A DNA stretch of 32,000 bases from Crocosphaera subtropica ATCC 51142 (GCF_000017845.1 NC_010546.1:600001-632000), one strand, 5' to 3'; shown: positions 18,601 through 26,019, counted from the stretch's first letter. Numbers and translations are program-made. Notes: generated by a model from the sequence alone, not told the origin.

Positions 18601-19331
18601 AAAACGCTTCAGCGCGACTCTTTTCTAACCCTGCTGGTGATTTTGGTTCCTTAGTTAACGATCAAGTAGTGGACGGAAACTGGGAATCTGGCGACGAATT
18701 AGCGAATACTTGGGAAAAAAGAAATTCCTTTAGTTATGGACGCAAAGATAAAGGGCAAGCAAGACCCGAAATTTTAAATCAACTATTAAAAACTAGCGAA
18801 AGAATTGTTCAAGAAATTGACTCAGTCGAATACGGTTTAACCGATATTCAAGAATATTATGGTAATACAGGAGGATTAAAATTAGCAGCCGAAAAACAAA
18901 GCGGTAAAAAAGTAACTGCAAGTTTCGTTGAAAGCTTTTCTAATGATACCAACCCCCGAAAACTAGAAGACTTATTAAGGTTAGAATACCGTACAAAATT
19001 ACTCAATCCGAAATGGGCCGAAGCAATGGTTAACCAGGGTTCAGGGGGTGCTTATGAAGTGTCCCAACGGATGACAGCTTTGATAGGTTGGGGAGGAACA
19101 ACAGATTTTAAAGATAATTGGGTGTATGATCAAGCAGCACAAACCTATGCTTTAGACCCAGAAATGGCTGAAAAATTACGGAAAGCGAACCCTGAAGCAT
19201 TTCGTAATATTGTGGGAAGAATGATCGAAGCAAACGGTAGAGGTTTCTGGGATGCGGATGAGGAAACTTTAGAAAAATTACGTAGTTTATATGATTTAAC
19301 CGAGGAAGAGTTAGAAGGAGTTACTAATTAA
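15609..19331 (+). CDS. Magnesium-chelatase H-subunit family protein (ChlH/BchH-like, short 1240-aa form; CobN/Mg-chelatase superfamily)
   Basis: ChlH-type blocks are present: HFGMHGTVEWLPG, NLYIYAANNPSESILAKRRGYG, LPTGRNIHALDP, YPETIAVLLWGLDAIKTKGESLG and NPKWAEAM. The IHALDP and ANNPSE..AKRR motifs favour ChlH/BchH over CobN. It is about 90 aa shorter than the canonical cyanobacterial ChlH (~1330 aa). Confidence 0.85.
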   Translation: MSRIVVITGFESFNLDLYRQAAQLAQSRCEGLDIQIFSDRSLSQEPEIIENPLKDADVFFASLIFDYDQVIWLKERVENIPIRLVFESALELMSLTRLGKFVIGEKPKGMPKPIKFILSKFSSGREEDKLAGYLSFLKTGPKLLKFIPAKKVQDLRNWLIIYGYWNAGGTENFAAMCWTIAEKYLDIKVGDIPEPIETPNMGLLHPDYDGYFTSPRDYLNWHQQEKSLENSLVAILLYRKHVITKQPYIPQLIRFFEQQGLTPVPIFINGVEGHVIVRDWLTTTYETQQRNLGNIEIRSLVKDALEVDAIVSTIGFPLVGGPAGSMEAGRQVEVAKRILTAKNIPYIVAAPLLIQDIYSWTRQGIGGLQSVVLYSLPELDGAIDTVPLGGLVGNDIYIIPERVKRLTGRLKKWINLRKTETKDRKIAIILYGFPPGYGATGTAALLNVPRSLLNLLQELEKQGYNIGELPEDGEIIINQVKAADEAIVNPNDDSNSTTTVNVRKLEEWLGYLLTTRIEKQWKSLTETGIKTYGDEYQIGGIQLGNVWIGVQPPLGISGDPMRLMFEKDLTPHPQYAAFYKWLQHNFCADAIIHFGMHGTVEWLPGSPLGNTGYSWSDILLGDIPNLYIYAANNPSESILAKRRGYGVLISHNVPPYGRAGLYKELMALRELIAEYREDPNKNEILREGIIQKIVDSGLAADCKFEEGKKLGIDFTVENAKLFSKNALNEYFFKVYEYLQIVEQRLFSSGLHTLGETPKQEQLDSYLEAYFGEKLTDRERKAITSESPELQYILESANGKSETIQEAIYIRDLLKQTSEELTNLLRGLNGEYIPPAPGGDLLRDGTGVLPTGRNIHALDPYRMPSPAAYERGREIAKKTIQQHLDEQGNYPETIAVLLWGLDAIKTKGESLGILLELVGAEPIKEGTGRIVRYELKPLEQLEHPRIDILANLSGIFRDTFVNIIELLDDLFQRAAEAEEDPKKNFIRKHYLQLKEQGIENASARLFSNPAGDFGSLVNDQVVDGNWESGDELANTWEKRNSFSYGRKDKGQARPEILNQLLKTSERIVQEIDSVEYGLTDIQEYYGNTGGLKLAAEKQSGKKVTASFVESFSNDTNPRKLEDLLRLEYRTKLLNPKWAEAMVNQGSGGAYEVSQRMTALIGWGGTTDFKDNWVYDQAAQTYALDPEMAEKLRKANPEAFRNIVGRMIEANGRGFWDADEETLEKLRSLYDLTEEELEGVTN

Positions 19332-19373
19332 ATAATCCACAAGTTTATGATTTTAAAGATAAACTCGATAATT

Positions 19374-19811
19374 CTATAATTCCTGAGTAATAATGGAACG
19401 AATATCTTGAACAAACTGTGAAGGAGTTTGAATTATAATACCTGTTTTTTGGGCAACTTCTTGAGTGAAATCCTTAGTATTTAAACTAAGTAATCTATCG
19501 GCTTTAACTAATAAAGCAGCAGCAAGAATAGGTGCATCTTTAGGTTCAATAATATCAATGTAAGCTAAAAACTCTTCTAGAGAAGGATTAGGTAAAATTT
19601 CAAGATTTGTGTTATCAATAATCTCATTAAAAACAGGAATAGCTTTAGGGAGTTTTTTATTAATATTTCTCTGACATTCTTCTAACACTTGCTCTGAAAT
19701 TAATAACTTAAATAAACCGATTTCTGCCATCGTTAATACAACTCGACTCGCACCAGTTGAAGATGCAGACCCTGCAATTAAGATACTAGAATCAGCAAAA
19801 ATTAATTTCAT
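19374..19811 (-). CDS. PIN-domain toxin (VapC-like, PIN_3-type)
   Basis: 145 aa. Acidic PIN positions are plausible at FADSS (D7), LEEC, and PKDAPILAAA...LNTKDF. The start overlaps the antitoxin stop (TAATG). Confidence 0.75.
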   Translation of the reverse strand: MKLIFADSSILIAGSASSTGASRVVLTMAEIGLFKLLISEQVLEECQRNINKKLPKAIPVFNEIIDNTNLEILPNPSLEEFLAYIDIIEPKDAPILAAALLVKADRLLSLNTKDFTQEVAQKTGIIIQTPSQFVQDIRSIITQEL

Positions 19812-20077
19812 TATTCATATTTTTCTTGATATATCATCTTTCTTTCATGTTCTAATCCTTCCAATAACTCCTCTAAAGTGACATCTTCTTCTTCTCGAAT
19901 GGTAGTGATTTTTTCAATTAATTGAGGAACTTTAGGATTTTTTGATGTTAATATAATTAAACCTTCAATTTCTAAAAAATTTAAGTAATCCCCTTTACGA
20001 AGATTAAGTGCATCTTGAATCACTTTAGGAACCATTATGGTTCCATCTTGGTGTAAACGAACAGTAAATGATTTCAT
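19811..20077 (-). CDS. AbrB/MazE/SpoVT-family antitoxin
   Basis: 88 aa with an N-terminal swapped-hairpin pattern (VRLHQDGTIMVPKVIQDALNLRKGDYLNF). AGGA lies 8 nt upstream of the ATG. The 1-nt stop/start overlap with the PIN gene gives the classic antitoxin-toxin order. Confidence 0.75.
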   Translation of the reverse strand: MKSFTVRLHQDGTIMVPKVIQDALNLRKGDYLNFLEIEGLIILTSKNPKVPQLIEKITTIREEEDVTLEELLEGLEHERKMIYQEKYE

Positions 20078-20128
20078 ATATTGTTTTCCTCATTGGAAAG
20101 TAACTACAATCCTACCAAATTTTTAATG

Positions 20129-20407
20129 TTATTCAGTCTCATCTTCAGACAAATCATTAATTCCTGTAATAGCATCAAGAATGACCTCTAATTTACCCTG
20201 AAGTCGATTAAATTGATGTTCCATGTGATCTAAACGCCCATCAACCCGATCAATACGCTTATCAACTTGATCGAAGCGTTCATCTATATGTTCCTCTAAT
20301 GCAGAAAATGCTTCACTAATACGTCCTTCTGATTCAATATCTAATTCTAGAGTTTTAAAGCGAACCCTGAAGCATTTCGTAATATTTTCGGAAGATGATC
20401 GAAGCAA
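20129..20407 (-). CDS. Coiled-coil repeat ORF (92 codons, TTG start only), possibly 5'-truncated or chimeric
   Basis: ISEAFSALEEHIDERFDQVDKRIDRVDGRLDHMEHQFNRLQGKLEV parallels SLEEMFSRLEQKIDKLENKLDTKIDTLENKLD of the ORF at 24934. There is no ATG near the 5' end. Codons 1-17 (20357-20407) are antisense to the chlH-like remnant. Confidence 0.4.
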   Translation of the reverse strand: MLRSSSENITKCFRVRFKTLELDIESEGRISEAFSALEEHIDERFDQVDKRIDRVDGRLDHMEHQFNRLQGKLEVILDAITGINDLSEDETE

Positions 20408-20514
20408 ACGGAAGAGGTTTCTGGAATGCTGATGAGGAAACCTTAGAAAAATTACGAAATTTATATGAGTTAACCGATGGAGAGTTAGAAGGAGTTAGTA
20501 ACGTGGTAAATTAG
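20357..20514 (+). pseudogene. Displaced, frameshifted duplicate of the last 49 codons of the chlH-like gene
   Basis: 20357-20501 aligns with 19182-19327. The first 30 nt are identical. After that I count 13 substitutions and a 1-nt deletion (GGAAGAATG versus GGAAG-ATG) over ~117 nt. It reads KANPEAFRNIFGR* and then, shifted, MIEANGRGFWNADEETLEKLRNLYELTDGELEGVSNVVN*. Confidence 0.85.
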
Positions 20515-20602
20515 AAATGGCTCCTCAAAAATCCAAAACCCTAACGTTGATGGTAGAGGAGAATTGTCACATTAAACTATTTTGTATTAAAGGGAATTAA
20601 AA

Positions 20603-21355
20603 ATGCTGCCAAAACTCTCTACAGGTGACTTTAATGTAGCCTATGAAAAAGTCGTGCTTAATAACGATTTTTTTGAAAAAGATAACTATTATATACAACA
20701 AAAACCTCGCTATTTTAATTCTTTAAAGCAAGTTATAACAATTCCTCTGTCTAATTCAAGTAAAGTTCTCGAAATAGGAGGAGGACAGATTGTTTTATTA
20801 TTAAATGAAATGTATGGAATTCAAGGTGCAGTTGCCGATGTAAATGAAAAATATCAAAATAGTTTAGCTCAGTTTGGAATAAATTTTAGATCTTGTGATT
20901 TATTGCATGACGACTTACCAGAAAGAGATACTTATGATTTGGTTGTTTTGTGTGAAGTTATTGAACATATGCCCGTTCCTCCCTATATTATTTTAGAAAA
21001 AATCAAACAATGGATTAAACCAGGAGGATGGATTTTTTTGACAACCCCCAATCTTTACCGACTGAGAAATTTAGTAAGGTTAGCTTTAGGAATGAGGGTT
21101 TTTGATACTTTTTTTATTCCTGAAAAAGGCCAAGGAATAGGTCATCCCATTGAGTATAGTAAAGAGCAGTTTCAATGGCAACTTGAAAAAGCAGGATTTC
21201 ACTCAGTCCAGATAGACTTACAGCAATTAGATAATTCTGGTGCAAGCTTAGGAACACAAATAGGCAGAATGCTTTTAAGTCCTTTATTGTTACGGCCACT
21301 TTGGCGTGATAAATTAGTGGCGATCGCTCAAAAGCCGTTATTAAAGACTGTGTAA
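20603..21355 (+). CDS. Class I SAM-dependent methyltransferase
   Basis: Motif I VLEIGGGQ, post-II DLVVLCEVIEHMP and IKPGGWIFLTTPN. The specific substrate is unknown. Confidence 0.75.
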   Translation: MLPKLSTGDFNVAYEKVVLNNDFFEKDNYYIQQKPRYFNSLKQVITIPLSNSSKVLEIGGGQIVLLLNEMYGIQGAVADVNEKYQNSLAQFGINFRSCDLLHDDLPERDTYDLVVLCEVIEHMPVPPYIILEKIKQWIKPGGWIFLTTPNLYRLRNLVRLALGMRVFDTFFIPEKGQGIGHPIEYSKEQFQWQLEKAGFHSVQIDLQQLDNSGASLGTQIGRMLLSPLLLRPLWRDKLVAIAQKPLLKTV

Positions 21356-21386
21356 AAAGCCAGGCTCTTATGTAAAGGAAATCATC

Positions 21387-22655
21387 ATGAACAACAAAAG
21401 AAAGAAAGCTCTACTTATCATCGAACAATGTAATCCTGACTGGTCATCAGTTCCATTAGTAGGTTATAACTTCTACTATGAAATTAGTCAATTATGTGAC
21501 GTTACATTAGTTACTCACATCAGAAATAAAGCAGCCCTACAAAAACATCAAGAACACCAGGATATTATATATATTGATGAAAGTCAATTTAGTAAGAATT
21601 ATCATAAATTTATAGCTGCTTTAACATCAATTGGACGTAAAAATTGGCCACTATATATTGCTTTGAGTTATCCTATTTATGAAGAATTTAATAAACAAGT
21701 TTACCAGAAATTCAAAGATAAAGTTTTAGGGAAAGAGTATGACATTGTTCATGTTATCACCCCGATGATGCCCAGATATCCTGCTAAAATTATCCGAGCT
21801 TGTGTAAATACTCCTTTCATATTAGGACCGGTTAATGGAGGCGTTCCTTTTCCTCCTGGATTTCAAAAAGTCGCTAGACAAGAGTTTGCTTATTTTAACT
21901 TTTTACGAGCAATAGGACGGAAATTAATTCCAGGTTATGTAGAAACCTATCAGAAAGCAGACAAAATCTTAGCAGGTTCAACCTATACCTTAAATCTTAT
22001 TAAAGATTTATTCAAAATCCCAAAAGAACGTCTTGAGCTTTTTTATGAAAATGGAATTTCCAAGAACTTTTTTCATCAAAAAAAAACTAACACAAATAAT
22101 TCTGTAATTAATTTACTTTTTGTGGGTCGTTTAGTACCGTATAAAGGGGCTGATATGCTAATTGATGCTATTCATAATTTATCAGATGATCTTAGAAATA
22201 AAATAAAATTGACAATTGTGGGAGATGGTTCAGAGAAAGTTAAATTAGAAAATCAAGTCAAAAATTTAGGACTAGAAAAAGTTGTTTCTTTTACAGGTTG
22301 GATAAAACAAGAAGAAACAGTTGAATATTATAAGCAAGCTGATATCTTTTGTTTTCCTTCTATTCGAGAATTTGGGGGAGCAGTCGTCTTGGAAGCGATG
22401 GCTTGTGGTTTGCCTTGTATTGTTGCTAATAATGGGGGAATCGGAGAATATGTAACGCCAGAAACAGGCTTTAGCATAGAACCCAAATCGAGAGAATATT
22501 TAGTTAAAGAGCTAACTGCAAAAATACAAACCTTAGTAGAAAATAAAGACTTGAGAGAAAAAATGTCAGCTAAATGTTACCAAAGAGCTAGAGAATTTGA
22601 ATGGAGTAAAAAAGCTAAAAAAATTGTTGAGCTTTATCAGCAATTATTAAAATAA
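21387..22655 (+). CDS. Glycosyltransferase, GT-B fold, family 4-like
   Basis: The C-terminal domain carries LLFVGRLVPYKG and the E-x7-E motif (EFGGAVVLEAMACGLPCIV). Confidence 0.85.
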   Translation: MNNKRKKALLIIEQCNPDWSSVPLVGYNFYYEISQLCDVTLVTHIRNKAALQKHQEHQDIIYIDESQFSKNYHKFIAALTSIGRKNWPLYIALSYPIYEEFNKQVYQKFKDKVLGKEYDIVHVITPMMPRYPAKIIRACVNTPFILGPVNGGVPFPPGFQKVARQEFAYFNFLRAIGRKLIPGYVETYQKADKILAGSTYTLNLIKDLFKIPKERLELFYENGISKNFFHQKKTNTNNSVINLLFVGRLVPYKGADMLIDAIHNLSDDLRNKIKLTIVGDGSEKVKLENQVKNLGLEKVVSFTGWIKQEETVEYYKQADIFCFPSIREFGGAVVLEAMACGLPCIVANNGGIGEYVTPETGFSIEPKSREYLVKELTAKIQTLVENKDLREKMSAKCYQRAREFEWSKKAKKIVELYQQLLK

Positions 22656-22698
22656 AAGCATTCACTAAATTTTATCAGTTTCAAAAATAATTTAGAAA

Positions 22699-23298
22699 AT
22701 GATTACAACTCTATCCACTGAAAATCTACCTTTGGTTTTGCAACTTTCACCTGCGATCGCCATCACAGACGAACAATTCTTCGCGTTATGTCAATTAAAC
22801 CGAGATTATTGTCTTGAACGCAACGCCAAAGGAGAATTGCTCATTATGTCTCCTACAGATTTAGAAACGGGAAATCGCAATGCTAAACTAACACAGCAAC
22901 TTGCTAACTGGACAGACGAAGACGTTTCAGGAATTGGTTTTGATTCGTCCACAGGGTTTAAATTACCGAATGGGGCAAATCGTTCTCCTGATGCAGCTTG
23001 GATGACGTTGGAAAAGTGGAATTCCCTCACAGAAGACCAAAAAATTAGATTTGCACCGGTTTGCCCTGATTTTGTGGTGGAAATACGTTCCCCTAGCGAT
23101 CAACTGCAATCCCTTCAAGATAAACTACAAGAATATATCGATAACGGCGTAAAATTAGGCTGGTTAATTGATCGCAAAAATCGCCTAGTTTATATTTATC
23201 GACCCCAAACAGAAGTAGAATGTTTAGAGAATCCAGACACTGTAAATGGTGATCCTATTTTGTCGGGTTTTCAGTTACAAATGGATAAAATTTGGTAA
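22699..23298 (+). CDS. Uma2-family (DUF820) PD-(D/E)xK endonuclease-like protein
   Basis: SPDAAW...PDFVVEIRSPSD...GVKLGWLIDRKNRLVYIY is the typical Uma2 pattern that is expanded in cyanobacteria. Confidence 0.8.
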   Translation: MITTLSTENLPLVLQLSPAIAITDEQFFALCQLNRDYCLERNAKGELLIMSPTDLETGNRNAKLTQQLANWTDEDVSGIGFDSSTGFKLPNGANRSPDAAWMTLEKWNSLTEDQKIRFAPVCPDFVVEIRSPSDQLQSLQDKLQEYIDNGVKLGWLIDRKNRLVYIYRPQTEVECLENPDTVNGDPILSGFQLQMDKIW

Positions 23299-23313
23299 TT
23301 AAATTATTAGCTT

Positions 23314-24390
23314 ATGTCATTATCTAAAGAACAAAAAAGTATTTTAATCACTGGTGGTGCCGGTTTTATAGGTTCCAACTTTGTGCATCATTGGTCTAAT
23401 CATTATCCTGATGATAACGTTATTGTTTTAGATGCGTTAACCTATGCAGGAAATCGCCAAAATTTAGTAGATTTAGAAGATAGACAAAACTTTAAATTTA
23501 TTCAAGGAGATATTTGCGATCGCCCTTTAATTGATAAACTTTTAAAAGAAGAAAATATCACCACACTAGCACATTTTGCGGCTGAATCCCATGTTGATCG
23601 TTCTATTCTCGGGCCTGATGCGTTTATTCAAACCAATGTCATTGGAACGTTTACCTTATTAGAGAGTTTTCGTCACTATTGGAATGAGCAAGGAAAGCCA
23701 GAAGATTATCGTTTTCTTCATGTCTCTACCGATGAAGTTTATGGCAGTTTAGAAGCAGATGATCCAGCTTTTTCAGAAACAACGCCTTATGCTCCTAATA
23801 GTCCCTATTCTGCCTCAAAAGCAGGGAGTGATCACCTAGCAAGAGCTTATTTTCATACTTATAATGTACCCACAATTATCACCAATTGTTCTAATAATTA
23901 TGGGCCTTATCATTTTCCTGAAAAACTAATCCCGTTGATGTGTATTAATATTTTATTAGGTAAACCCTTACCTGTATATGGAGATGGCCAAAATATTAGA
24001 GATTGGTTATATGTAGGGGATCATTGTTCAGCATTAGAAACCGTTATTAATAAAGGAAAACCAGGAGAAACTTATAATATCGGGGGCAATAATGAAGTTA
24101 AAAATATTGACTTAGTCACCCTGTTATGTAATCTAATGGATGAGTTAGCCCCAGACTTACCGGTTAAACCGGCAAAAGAGTTAATTACCTTTGTTAAAGA
24201 TCGGCCCGGCCACGATCGCCGTTATGCTATTGATGCGACAAAAATTAAAACAGAATTAGGTTGGACACCACAAGAAACAGTAGAAAATGGCTTAAGAAAA
24301 ACCATTGAATGGTATTTGAATAATCAAGATTGGTGGCAACATTTATTGTCGAAAGAGTATCAAGATTATTATCAAAAAGTGTATGGATAA
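23314..24390 (+). CDS. rfbB: dTDP-glucose 4,6-dehydratase
   Basis: [10 protein letters not shown] Rossmann motif, catalytic [11 protein letters not shown], and [17 protein letters not shown] and [12 protein letters not shown] blocks. Confidence 0.92.
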   Translation: MSLSKEQKSILITGGAGFIGSNFVHHWSNHYPDDNVIVLDALTYAGNRQNLVDLEDRQNFKFIQGDICDRPLIDKLLKEENITTLAHFAAESHVDRSILGPDAFIQTNVIGTFTLLESFRHYWNEQGKPEDYRFLHVSTDEVYGSLEADDPAFSETTPYAPNSPYSASKAGSDHLARAYFHTYNVPTIITNCSNNYGPYHFPEKLIPLMCINILLGKPLPVYGDGQNIRDWLYVGDHCSALETVINKGKPGETYNIGGNNEVKNIDLVTLLCNLMDELAPDLPVKPAKELITFVKDRPGHDRRYAIDATKIKTELGWTPQETVENGLRKTIEWYLNNQDWWQHLLSKEYQDYYQKVYG

Positions 24391-24428
24391 TGAAATTTAA
24401 TTGATAAAAATAGAGGTATAAGTTAAGA

Positions 24429-24837
24429 ATGACTAACAGTTATGAAACTGATTTTGTGCAATGGTTTAGATGAGCAAGCTAACTTACTTTTAAAGGGTAA
24501 ATATGAGCAACTCGATGTTATTAATTTAGTGGAGGAAATACAAGCATTGGGGAGAAGTGAAGTTAGGGAAACTTTTAACCTACTAAAACAAATCATTGCT
24601 CATAAACTTAAGTTAGAATATTCTCAACTTATCTATCCTAGAAAACACTGGCAAGATGAAATTGATGAATTCTATGAACAGTTAGGATTATTTTTAACAA
24701 AAACTGTTAGAAATAAGTTAGATTTATATAAAATTTATCAAGCTGCCAAGAAAAAAGTTTTAAAACAATATGATGTAAATTTACTTAATAAATGTCCTTA
24801 TTCTTGGGATGATTTATTAGCTGAATTAGATGATTAA
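24429..24837 (+). pseudogene. DUF29-family gene with a +1 frameshift after codon 13 (alternatively an N-terminally truncated CDS 24442-24837)
   Basis: The ATG at 24429 gives MTNSYETDFVQWFR*. Removing one T of the TTT at 24465-24467 joins it to DEQANLLLKGKYEQLDVINLVEEIQALGRSE. That restores the canonical DUF29 N-terminus (YE.DF..W...QA.LL..G....LD..NL.EEIE.LGRSE). Confidence 0.55.
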
Positions 24838-24933
24838 TTAGTAACTATTTAAAATTTTGCGCTTAAGATATAATAAAAGCAGTCCTCTGGTAAACCAAAG
24901 GACGCACAACTAATACTATTCAGAGTGTACATC

Positions 24934-25314
24934 ATGAATGAACCAAGCAGGGTCACTTACTCCCTTGAGGAAATGTTTTCCAGATTAGAACAGAAAATAG
25001 ACAAACTAGAAAACAAGTTAGACACTAAAATAGATACCCTAGAAAACAAGTTAGACACTAAAATAGATACCCTAGAAAATAAGCTAGAAAACAACCAAAA
25101 AGAAGTTAATCAGAAATTAGATAAACAATCTGAAGAAATAGCCACTATTAAAGCTACATTACAAGCTCAACAGCAATTAATTCAAAAAATACCTGACTTA
25201 GCTGAAAAAGTAGGGGAATTAAAGAACTGGAGACAGATTGTTATTATTGCTTTAACTGCAACAATTAGTGCTTCAATTACTTGGCTTATTCGAGGAGGAA
25301 ACCTTAAACCTTAA
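24934..25314 (+). CDS. Coiled-coil protein with 11-residue repeats and a C-terminal TM anchor (XhlA-like architecture)
   Basis: MNEPSRVTYSLEEMFSRLEQKIDKLENKLDTKIDTLENKLDTKIDTLENKLENNQKE...WRQIVIIALTATISASITWLI. The track start at 24925 is a GTG. The ATG at 24934 is preferred. Confidence 0.6.
   Translation: MNEPSRVTYSLEEMFSRLEQKIDKLENKLDTKIDTLENKLDTKIDTLENKLENNQKEVNQKLDKQSEEIATIKATLQAQQQLIQKIPDLAEKVGELKNWRQIVIIALTATISASITWLIRGGNLKP
25006..25071 (+). repeat. Perfect 33-nt tandem duplication (LENKLDTKIDT x2), with a degenerate third unit following
   Basis: CTAGAAAACAAGTTAGACACTAAAATAGATACC at 25006-25038 is repeated exactly at 25039-25071. Confidence 0.9.
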
Positions 25315-25334
25315 TTAGAAAAGTTATGGAAAAT

Positions 25335-25877
25335 TTATGGGAAGCGATCGCCTTTTTGATTAAAATTGAATCGACCTAAACCTAAATATAAACCTTGGGC
25401 ATTTTCACCAGCCGGATAAGCAGTAATCGCAAATTGATAATCCCCACTCATTTCAGGGTTACTTTTAGGTTTCATAGCAATGGTAAAGGTTTTCCCTGGA
25501 GGAATGGGAGGATCAAAAATCACCGCAATCGTATTATTATCCAGATTTCTTTTAACCCTAGCAATGTTTAAATGACCATCTCTATTAACCGGTCTTCCTT
25601 CAAAAGCAATGGTATCATCTAAATAAAAATAAATCGTTTCTAATCCTTGAGTTTGTTGAATCGTCAATTGTTGTAAAGATTCTCCCACATCGGTCGGTAA
25701 GTGAACCGTAAAGTAATAAGTTGCCCCTTCGACACGAATACGACTTAAAGTGGTCACTGCATCGAGTAAACGGGGAGATTTATTAAATAAAGTGAGATTA
25801 TTCCCTGTATTCAGGGCTAACAGTGGAGAACTTAGAAAAATCGTGCTACTGATAATCCCTAATATCGTTTTGAACAT
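25335..25877 (-). CDS. Secreted DUF2808-like protein
   Basis: Signal peptide MFKTILGIISSTIFLSSPLLA. The pattern FNKSPRLLDAVTT...GATYYFTVHLP...LQQLTIQQ resembles the cyanobacterial DUF2808 family. The assignment is from memory. Confidence 0.55.
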   Translation of the reverse strand: MFKTILGIISSTIFLSSPLLALNTGNNLTLFNKSPRLLDAVTTLSRIRVEGATYYFTVHLPTDVGESLQQLTIQQTQGLETIYFYLDDTIAFEGRPVNRDGHLNIARVKRNLDNNTIAVIFDPPIPPGKTFTIAMKPKSNPEMSGDYQFAITAYPAGENAQGLYLGLGRFNFNQKGDRFP

Positions 25878-25884
25878 TGAACTG

Positions 25885-25919
25885 ACTCGAAAAACAAAAA
25901 CCTAGGTTAACCTAGGTTT
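25885..25919 (-). terminator. Intrinsic terminator downstream of pnp: perfect 22-nt palindrome AAACCTAGGTTAACCTAGGTTT
   Basis: The palindrome lies at 25898-25919. On the minus strand it is followed by TTGTTTTTCGAG. It is ~100 nt after the pnp stop and just upstream of the DUF2808 start. Confidence 0.65.
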
Positions 25920-26019
25920 CCATTTTACTGATTATTTTTTCATCCTTTCTGGTGATTTTCCCCTTATCTAACTCTAAATGTGAGTTTAGATAGAGAGATG
26001 TGAAGTCAGGATTTCTGGG

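Noticed and set aside
15609-19331. CobN (cobaltochelatase) with an upstream cobalamin riboswitch
   Set aside because: The diagnostic blocks read LPTGRNIHALDP and ANNPSE..AKRR (ChlH/BchH type), not the CobN versions. I could not find a B12-box-like element in 14799-15608. Only a phylogeny would settle it.
20395-20514. 39-codon ATG-initiated ORF (MIEANGRGFWNADEE...) as a real small gene
   Set aside because: It is simply the post-frameshift part of the displaced chlH-like tail and has no SD. It is best treated as a remnant.
20603-21355. ChlM (Mg-protoporphyrin methyltransferase), because it originally abutted the chlH-like gene
   Set aside because: Apart from generic class I SAM motifs, the sequence does not resemble ChlM as I recall it. 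It is tightly coupled to the downstream glycosyltransferase instead.
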